Below are positions 47,133-54,571 of a stretch of 64,000 nt of DNA, piece after piece. Origin of the DNA: Hyaloraphidium curvatum SAG 235-1 (Eukaryota; Fungi; Monoblepharomycota); NCBI GenBank assembly GCA_025558095.1, contig JAIVFI010000038.1, positions 248,001 to 312,000 on the forward strand, in the 5' to 3' direction. How positions within the stretch are numbered: the stretch's first letter is position 1; each line of letters starts with the position of its first letter. The notes below the pieces were generated by a model. It saw only the letters and a list, made by a program, of their open reading frames with translations, was not told where the DNA came from and searched no databases. The position numbers and the translations under genes are program-made.

Positions 47133-47980
47133 GGCGAATACGGTGGCGGCGGCGATGCCGGTGTCCCGCCGCCAGGATCAGCTACCGCGGACGGTGCCTT
47201 GTCCGACGAGATCTCCCAATCGTCGAGCGCATGTGTCCGCATCCAAACCTCCTGTGACTCGGTCAGGTCGCCCCCCGCCCTGTGCCAGGCCGCAAGCGCC
47301 GACCACGCGTCACCGATAGCATCACGGCCGCCGTCATCGAGGAGCTCGGAACCTGGCCATTCGAGGTGCGCCGGCGAACCGGGCTCCGTGTGAGCATACC
47401 AAGGAGGCAAGGTGCGCGTCGGAGTGGATACTTCCGAGGAGCTCTGCCCCCCCCCGGCCGTTTGTGCCGGCGGCGTGCCGGGGGTTGTGCGGGGCGGCGC
47501 AGGCGGCAGCTGCAAGCTCGGCACGGCGGTTGCAGCTGGGGTTTCCCACGGAGGATGGCCTGGGTGCGCCGAGAGCATGGAAGCGGCCGAAGCCGGGGCA
47601 TCAGCGATCAAGATCTGCGATGACGAGGAGGGAGATACTTCCGAGCATGCCGCCCCTTTCCCCCCCGCTGGTGCCGGCAAGCGGGAGGAGCCGCGGGGCG
47701 GCGTGGGCAGAGTGTGACCCTCGGCCAAGCTAGGCACGGCATTTGGCCGAGGGGCCCCGGGGGACGCGGGGTCAATGTCGGAAGTCTCCCCTGCTGCCGC
47801 GAACGGCCTCGGAACTCGGTGAGACGTTGTAGATAGTGGTAGTTGGCGTACCGGTGAAGACTGCAAAACAGCAAAAGATGGAGGGGCTGACCGCGCCCGG
47901 GAGGTATCCGGACGAGCTCGGCGCCGAGAAGAGCAGCCCACTACTCGGCGTTGCCACTTGCTTGGTGGTGTTTTAGGCAT
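47129..47980 (-). CDS. Retroelement ORF2: 283-aa protein of unknown function
   Basis: Exactly fills the gap between ORF1 and ORF3 with start/stop overlaps at both ends; Trp-rich C-terminal segment; ends PPPPYSP. Confidence 0.6.
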   Translation of the reverse strand: MPKTPPSKWQRRVVGCSSRRRARPDTSRARSAPPSFAVLQSSPVRQLPLSTTSHRVPRPFAAAGETSDIDPASPGAPRPNAVPSLAEGHTLPTPPRGSSRLPAPAGGKGAACSEVSPSSSSQILIADAPASAASMLSAHPGHPPWETPAATAVPSLQLPPAPPRTTPGTPPAQTAGGGQSSSEVSTPTRTLPPWYAHTEPGSPAHLEWPGSELLDDGGRDAIGDAWSALAAWHRAGGDLTESQEVWMRTHALDDWEISSDKAPSAVADPGGGTPASPPPPYSP

Positions 47981-50111
47981 TCAAGGACGGTGAGCCAGGA
48001 GCCGGCAGCAGGGATCCGGTTGACGTGGAGGCGGCCTTGGCCTGGGGGGAGCCGAGCTTGCGAACGGCCGCCTTGGCCTTCCGTTCCGCTTTGGCGGATT
48101 TGACGTCGATTTGCTGATACGGCTTGGCAACCTTGTCCGGGTTTGTCCCTGCCACATCCTCCACGGGACGGCCCTTGCCTGCGTGCTTGGGGCCTGGGGC
48201 CATCGTAGGATCACCAACCGCGGATGCCCCAGCGGCCTCATCGGCCGTGTGCATGTCTTCGCTTGGTGCCTCCGAGTTCGAACCATCGCCCTCAGCAGAG
48301 GCTTCGGAGGCGGCGTCGTTTCCACCCGAGGCCTCAGAGCCGGTGGCATCCTCCTCCATCGCAGATTCCGTGCCCTCCATTGCGGGAGCAGCAAGCTCCA
48401 GATCCTCCAGCGCGGTATTGGCTGCAACCTGCTGTGCAGCACTGCTGATGGCGTTCTCAGCGGCCAGCTGGTCGGCACCACCCATGTCCTCGTCCCCATC
48501 CTTGTCAGCCGGCTCCAAAATGGGAAGACCATGGAAATCCATCTTTTCGGCGGCGTCAGACTCCCCCCAATCGACCGAAGCACCGGCACCACCACCACCG
48601 AGTGCCGAAAACCTGTTGTGGGACGCCTTGGCCACTGGCTGGGCAAGAGCGGGGGGCGCAGAGCCTGCGCGCTTGCCGGACGGCCCAGCTGTAAGCCACT
48701 CGTTGGCCGCAGGGGCGGTGGGGGAAGCCAGATGCGGAGGAACGACCTCTTCCCTCAGGGGGGGCAGCCGCGGGGTCGTGGCGGGCTCCACCGTTGGGGG
48801 AGAGAGCCGTACGTTGGCCGGGTTGTGAATGCAGTCCGCCTCGTGCGCACGGCGTGCTTGCGGGCTGGCAAAGGCGCCGGGATTCATGCGGTTGAGACCG
48901 TCTGGGCAGTAAGCACAGTTGGTGCACGTGGCATCGTCACCGACGTGGCCGCCCGTGCGCTTGCAGTGGCCGCACTGTCCGTTGCTACTGTCATAGCGGA
49001 CAGCTGGGCGAAGGAGCTTGTGCTGGAGGAGTGTCCCCCACGAGTCAAGGAAGCAGTACGAGGGTGGGCCAATGCGTGCTGCGCGGTCAAAGAAGGCATC
49101 AACCCCGCACTGCGAGACGTCGAAAGTGACCCGCCAGAAGGCGTTGCTGTCGGTGCCCGAGATGGGAGCCGCTTCAATGACTTGGCAAGGGGCCCCATAG
49201 TGGTTCTGGAAAGTCGCGTAGAGGCGGGCCCACCAGTCCGGGCACTCGTGCACCGAACCAGGGACGATCATGGGCCCGATCTTGAGCTCGGCGTGCGTGT
49301 CCTTGAAGACAGGGTGGATGCGCAGCCGACGCGTCGGGCCGTTTGGGAACTTGACCTCCAGCACCCCCTGCTCCACCAAGGCGTTGATAGCGTCTGCCCC
49401 GTCGACAGCACCAACAACACAGAAGAGGTCCAGTCGCGAGTAACGCGGGTTGTAGCCTCGCGTCTCGGTCGTGAAGACGGTGGTGGGGAAGGTCGCCTTC
49501 GCCACGGCTTCGGCGACGACGCGCCGTCGGTCCTTTGGCACACCGTTGAGGTCGATGAGGCAGTGGGGGACAGGCCCAATGAAGGCCGGCGTGTAGCCCC
49601 GACCGTTGGCGTGCGGTTGCACCCGATCGATGAGCTTGGCGTAGTTGGTGGGCGCCGAGAAAGGCATGGCAGAAGCCAGATGCTCCGCCATCGCGCCGTC
49701 CGTGACACGAACAATCGGGCGGTCGGGCGAGGTGCGCGACGTTGCTGCGGCGAAAGAGCGAGACCCCAGGCGCGTGGCGGGGGCGGTTGCTTTCGGGAGA
49801 CGATTCTGCGGAGCCGGCTCCTCCCGGGCGCCGCCGTTGGCGGACGCGGGGCGGATTTCAGTGGTCGATTCAGCAGCGTCCTCCTTAGAACCTGTCAGCT
49901 GAGCCGTAGCACCAGCGGGGGCCGGCGCGGGCTCCTCTGCCGCGCCAGGGAGGCGAGGAGAGGCAGCGACGCCGGGAGCGTGGGAAGAGTGGACGGGATT
50001 CGCAAGCGCCTCCGAGGAGGCCGCGGCGAGCGCAGGGGAGACCTTGCCATCAGGCAGGACCACGGGAGCGGCCGCATCATTGGGCCCCTGCCCTGTGTCA
50101 GGGGGGTCCAT
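47973..50111 (-). CDS. Retroelement ORF1 (gag-like nucleic-acid-binding protein, 712 aa)
   Basis: SFAAAT motif, folded central region, CGHCKRTGGH......C knuckle, second CAYC..H...C finger, HNRFSAL motif typical of LINE ORF1p, acidic disordered tail. Confidence 0.8.
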   Translation of the reverse strand: MDPPDTGQGPNDAAAPVVLPDGKVSPALAAASSEALANPVHSSHAPGVAASPRLPGAAEEPAPAPAGATAQLTGSKEDAAESTTEIRPASANGGAREEPAPQNRLPKATAPATRLGSRSFAAATSRTSPDRPIVRVTDGAMAEHLASAMPFSAPTNYAKLIDRVQPHANGRGYTPAFIGPVPHCLIDLNGVPKDRRRVVAEAVAKATFPTTVFTTETRGYNPRYSRLDLFCVVGAVDGADAINALVEQGVLEVKFPNGPTRRLRIHPVFKDTHAELKIGPMIVPGSVHECPDWWARLYATFQNHYGAPCQVIEAAPISGTDSNAFWRVTFDVSQCGVDAFFDRAARIGPPSYCFLDSWGTLLQHKLLRPAVRYDSSNGQCGHCKRTGGHVGDDATCTNCAYCPDGLNRMNPGAFASPQARRAHEADCIHNPANVRLSPPTVEPATTPRLPPLREEVVPPHLASPTAPAANEWLTAGPSGKRAGSAPPALAQPVAKASHNRFSALGGGGAGASVDWGESDAAEKMDFHGLPILEPADKDGDEDMGGADQLAAENAISSAAQQVAANTALEDLELAAPAMEGTESAMEEDATGSEASGGNDAASEASAEGDGSNSEAPSEDMHTADEAAGASAVGDPTMAPGPKHAGKGRPVEDVAGTNPDKVAKPYQQIDVKSAKAERKAKAAVRKLGSPQAKAASTSTGSLLPAPGSPSLNA

Positions 50112-50126
50112 TCCGGGTAAATGCTA

Positions 50127-50203
50127 GCGCCAGGCATCTCAGCAGCGGCGGCGCGTCCCGGGGGAGGGGCGGCGGGGGCGCCGCGGGGAACAGCGCGGCC
50201 CAT
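50127..50203 (-). pseudogene. 5' portion of the interrupted membrane protein gene (MGRAVPRG...AEMPGA)
   Basis: Joining at the GGCGC repeat gives EMPGA|EARAARPLTP... in frame with ORF 41950..43257. Alternative ATGs at 50296 and 50137. Confidence 0.5.
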
Positions 50204-50595
50204 TCCGCGGCGGTGAATGGGAAGACGGGGGCTCCGGGGCCGTCCATTGCCGCGAAGTTGTTTCAACGGAGCTCGCAAGTTCGAAGTTGGTGGCATCCGA
50301 TCGACCCGATTGGCGGCGTTGATCCTCTCGGCCCTAGGTTAAGAAACTGAGCAGTATCGCAACTTTATGCAGACCGTGCGAAGTCCAGAGTCACATTTCT
50401 TGCGGTGGTGAACAAATCCCGCCGATCCACGTCATTAGAGCCCTTGGGGTCCTTGAAGGACTCGCCACCTTTTCTCGGCCCGTACTCCACCCGCGGACCT
50501 GACTGGGCCCAGGAGTGCATTACCGAGTTAAGGGGAGCTGCTCACTTGCAACGAAAAGCTGGAGGACAAGTACCCGCAACAGGAAGACCCGGTCC

Positions 50596-51492
50596 TCAAG
50601 CCCCCTTCTCCGCCACCCACGCAAGTATCTCCTCCATCATCCTTTCCGCCTGCCGCCCGTACCCGCCCCCGAACAGCACGTGGTGGTTCATCACGTGGTA
50701 GAGGTTGTAGACCGTCCTTCTTTTGTTGTACCCCGGCTCGAGCGGCCACTCCTCGTTGTACCCCTCGTAGAACGGTTTCGGGAACCTGCCAAACAGCTCC
50801 GTCATGGCCAAATCCGCCTCCCTGTCCCCGTAGTACGGCGCCGGGTCGAAAATCACCCCGCCGTCCTTGGCCGCGGCCGCGTTGCCGCCCCACAGGTCCC
50901 CGTGGAGCAGCGAAGCCGGCGGCCGCTCGGGGAGCAGCTTCGGGAGCGCGGCGATGACCTTTTCCCCCAACGGAAAGGAGCGCGGGTCCTGCGAGCGCGC
51001 GAGGCGGAGCATGTGGCCTATCCGGCGCTCCGCAAAGAATTGCGGCCACGAGGGGAGCCACCCGTTGGGCTGCGCGGAGAGCCCGATGGTCCCGTCCATC
51101 TCGAGGCCGTACTGGCCCGCGGGGGACGTGTGCCGGTGCATCCGCGCGAGATCGCGGCCCAGGGAACGCCAGCACTCGCTTTGCCGCGCGTGCGGCGAGA
51201 GGTCCAGGTAGGAGCAGGCGAGGAACGCGGTGCCGCCGTGCTCTCCGTGCGCGATGGGCTCGGGCGCGCGGACGGTGCGGGTGGCAAGGATGGCGAGCAG
51301 GCCGGCGCGTTCGACGTCGAGCGCCGAGTCGCTTGCCGGGAGGGTTTTGAGGAAGTAGAGCGGCGGTTGGGAGGTGTCCCGGCCGAGGAGGTGGTTCGAG
51401 CCCGCGGGGCGGCGCAGCGCGGAGCGGAAGGGCGCGCCGACGGAGGCCGAGATGGCGGCGTCGACGGCCGCGAAGAACGACGCGTCGGGCAT
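50596..51492 (-). CDS. Fructosamine/ribulosamine-3-kinase family protein, intronless
   Basis: YFLK, E.AGL.AI, LLHGDLWGGN, FDPAPYYGDREADLAMTELFG, YNLYH.MNH..LFGGGY. Confidence 0.93.
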   Translation of the reverse strand: MPDASFFAAVDAAISASVGAPFRSALRRPAGSNHLLGRDTSQPPLYFLKTLPASDSALDVERAGLLAILATRTVRAPEPIAHGEHGGTAFLACSYLDLSPHARQSECWRSLGRDLARMHRHTSPAGQYGLEMDGTIGLSAQPNGWLPSWPQFFAERRIGHMLRLARSQDPRSFPLGEKVIAALPKLLPERPPASLLHGDLWGGNAAAAKDGGVIFDPAPYYGDREADLAMTELFGRFPKPFYEGYNEEWPLEPGYNKRRTVYNLYHVMNHHVLFGGGYGRQAERMMEEILAWVAEKGA

Positions 51493-52068
51493 CGCGATGC
51501 GCGTGCGGATGGGCACTTCGATCGCGTTTTCGCGCGATCGGCAGACCTCGCAGATCGCCGACATCGCCGGCCTCGTGCTCATTCTCGCAAGGGAACCTCG
51601 CGGCCTACAACGCCCAGGTCGAAGACGTGGCCGCGCTCTGCGCCGCCGGCGCTGCCGCCTCCCGGGACCTGCTTGCCGAATCCGCCGCCGGCTCGGTTCG
51701 GGGTGCGGGTCGTGCTTGAGACCGTGTGTGCGCCTGGTTGACGGTGTTCGACGGTGCTGAGGGTGCTCTTGAATTTGCAGGCTTGCTTGCTTTGCCTGGT
51801 TGCGATCCAACGCGTCTCGCGGCGATGCGCGCAAAAGCCTCGGCCCGCGCAACCGCGACGCCGCCGGGGCGTGAATGTGGCCAGCTCGATCGTGCCGCGC
51901 AATCAAACGCGATCGTCGCCTTTGTCCCACCTCGCGTTGGGGGGGCAGTTTCACGTGATGGCTGTGCTGGGTCCGATCGGGTGCGAAGGTTCTTTCGTGA
52001 CGGTCCAGACCGCTCTCCAGACAACCGCACCTCCAACACCAGGCACCGTCCCCCCTGCTCGCAACAGC

Positions 52069-53932
52069 ATGCCCAGCGGCGACAGCACCTCCGACCTCTC
52101 CGCGCTCGCCGGCAAGCTGCAGGGCCGCGTGGTGACGGTGGGTTGCGGCGCGGGACCCCGGCGTGTCCCCCACGCCCCCGCACAGCGCCGCGCACGCTGA
52201 CGACCCGCCCGCTGCAGCCCGCGGACGCTGACTATGAAGCGCTGAGGGGGAGCTGCTGGAACCAGCGGATGAAGGGGGTGAAGCCGTCGGCGATCGTTCT
52301 GGTGGCGACGACGCGCGATGTGCAAGAGGTGCGTCCCCCCACCTCCGCGACTCCAAACCAGGTGCGCCTTGCCGCGGGAACCCGAACTTACAGCGGCTTC
52401 ATGGCAGGCCGTCAAGTTCTTTGCCGACGGCGGCATCGACTTCACCGTCGCCGGCGGGCGCCACACCATGCGGTGCTTCAAGGACGGCGCGCCGGCCATC
52501 GACCTGCGCCTGCTCTCCAACGTGTTCGTCGACCCGAAAGCCGGGGTCGCCCGCGCGGGCGGGGGCGCGACGGTGCACCACCTGGACGCCGAGTGCGCCG
52601 CGCACGGGAGCATGTACACCACCGCGGGCACCAACCGCACGACGGGGATCGGCGGGTTCGGCACGGGAGGCGGCTACGGGACCCTCGCAAGGCGGCTGGG
52701 GATGTTCGTGGACAACGTGGTGGCGTGCGAGATCGTGACGGCGGACGGCAGGCTGCACGTGTGCACGGCCGAGGACGAGCCCGACCTGCTGTGGGCGGTG
52801 CTGGGCGCCGGCGCCAACTTCGGTGGGCTTTCCCGCGCCGCTGCGATCCGCGTCTCCTCCGGGCTGACGTGCCGCATTCCGCATCGCAGGCATCGTCACG
52901 GGCTTCACCGTCAAGCTGCACCCCGTCGACGTCGTGTACGGCGGCATGCATCTCCGCCCCTTCGTCCCGGCCCCCGCGCGCGGCCTGCTCGACGCCTTCG
53001 ACGGCTACCTGCACGGCCCCTCCCCCGCCGCCAGGGAGTCCTCCCCGATCATGGCGTTCGGCTGGGCCCCCGGGCCCGACGGCAACCTCGCGCAGGTGAC
53101 CGTCGTTCTGCACCATTACATCGGCGGGGAGGGCAAGACGGTCGAGGATGCCAAGAGGGAGACCAAGGCGCTGGTGGAGGACTACAAGGACCCGCTGCCG
53201 CTGCTCGTGGACGCGGTCGGGGAGATGCCGTACCTGGAGCTGCAGAACCTGACGGCGCCCTTCAACCCGCCGGGCAACTACGTCGAGAAGGTCCGCCTCC
53301 GCGGACCGCCCGTTTGCCCGCCCGCGCTCACCGTTTCCCTCCGGGCTACTGCGCGCGGCAGGCGATCTGGACCGACGGCCCCATGCCCGACGACCTCAAG
53401 TCGGCCCTCCTCGACGGCTTCGCGGCCTCGCCCCCGGGGGTGAACTTCCTCATCGCGCCCACGGGCGGCGCCATCGCCGACCGGCCCAAGGACGCCACGG
53501 CGTTCCCGAACCGGTTCTCGGGGTACTGGATCATCGCGCTGTCGGTGTTCCCGGACGACGCGGGGTACGGCAAGATCCTCGATTGGTGGGTCGCGGGCGC
53601 CGTTCCGCCGTCTGCGATGCCCGACCTTCGCGCCGCTCGGCATGGCAGGTACCTTGCGCACTGGGACAAGATCGCCGCGCACAAGTCGGGGAGCTTCATG
53701 AACGAGATCGGGAGCTGGTGGAACAGCGAGGCCGCCGCGGGCGCCGAGGCCAAGCTCATGAACACCAAGAAGGACTACTTCGGGCCCAACCTGGCGCGGC
53801 TCGTGGAGGTCAAGAAGAAGGCGGGTCGCTCCGCGTGCCGGGCGGTTCGGAGCCTAACCACACCGAATCCAGTACGACCCCGGGAACGTGTTCAAGAATC
53901 ACAACAAGTCCCTGATCACGGCCGACGATTGA
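52069..53932 (+). CDS. FAD-linked oxidoreductase (BBE/6-hydroxy-D-nicotine oxidase-like), multi-exon
   Basis: PSAIV, AGGRH, GIGGFGTGGGYG, DNVVACEIVTADG, DLLWAVLGAGANFG, FGPNLARLVEVKKK|YDPGNVF. Confidence 0.92.
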
Positions 53933-54571
53933 TTCCGCAGGGAGCGGGTCGGATGTCTCGATGGAGAGTGATCCGTTTGTGCGTTGGGTGCTTGGGGGTT
54001 TGTGCGTCGAAGCGTCCCGGTTCGAGTTACACGTACGTGCTGCAGGTGTGTAGTGTGCTGTTTGCCAGTATATGCTGGGCAGTCAAAGGGCGGAAGCGTG
54101 AGAGGAAGGGGGAGGGGTATGGGGAAGGATGACTTGCACAGTCCGATGCGCTCTCCGGGATAGAATCCTGCCCGGCCCCGCGGTGGCAGCCTTCGAGCTT
54201 GGATGCAAATCGCTGGCGTGTTCCTTGAACGGAGTGGGGCACTGCGACGAGGCCAGGAGTGCCTTGGGAGACGGCGGCATCGGGCACCGACACACAGCAA
54301 CGCGGCGTTCCGCCCGGCCCCAACACGTGACGAGGGATGCATGGGAAGCTGGATTCCATTGCCAACACAGCAGTCACTCGCCATCGATCGACACGGCCCC
54401 GGGGAAAGCCACCCAGGCGCAATGGCACGATGCACGGGCTCCGGGCTCCGAACGCAAAGACACCCAGCGACCTCCGATCGCGATTCCGGTTCCGTCTGCG
54501 CCTTCTCCAACGTCAACTCCCGCAACGACCGTGGAGATTACGTCTGTGCTACCAAATTTCCAATCTCGGTC

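Larger units (their letters stand above)
43322..50131 (-). mobile_element. Non-LTR retrotransposon (RT + restriction-like endonuclease, CRE-like ORF) with three ORFs
   Basis: Three intronless overlapping ORFs; RT and RLE motifs; gcgcc direct repeat at 43322-43326 and 50127-50131; splits a host ORF. Confidence 0.88.

Noticed and set aside
48111-50120. 669-aa plus-strand ORF antisense to ORF1
   Set aside because: Gly/Arg/Val-rich antisense shadow with a non-ATG start.
43322-50131. Idea that the element is removed as a giant spliceosomal intron, or is an LTR/DIRS element
   Set aside because: No convincing GT..AG at the inferred ends, and no LTRs, integrase, RNase H or tyrosine recombinase motifs were seen.
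51493-52356. Long N-terminal extension of the fructosamine kinase ORF
   Set aside because: It overlaps the divergent FAD oxidase gene and promoter and is Arg/Ala-rich; the ATG at 51492 fits the family length.
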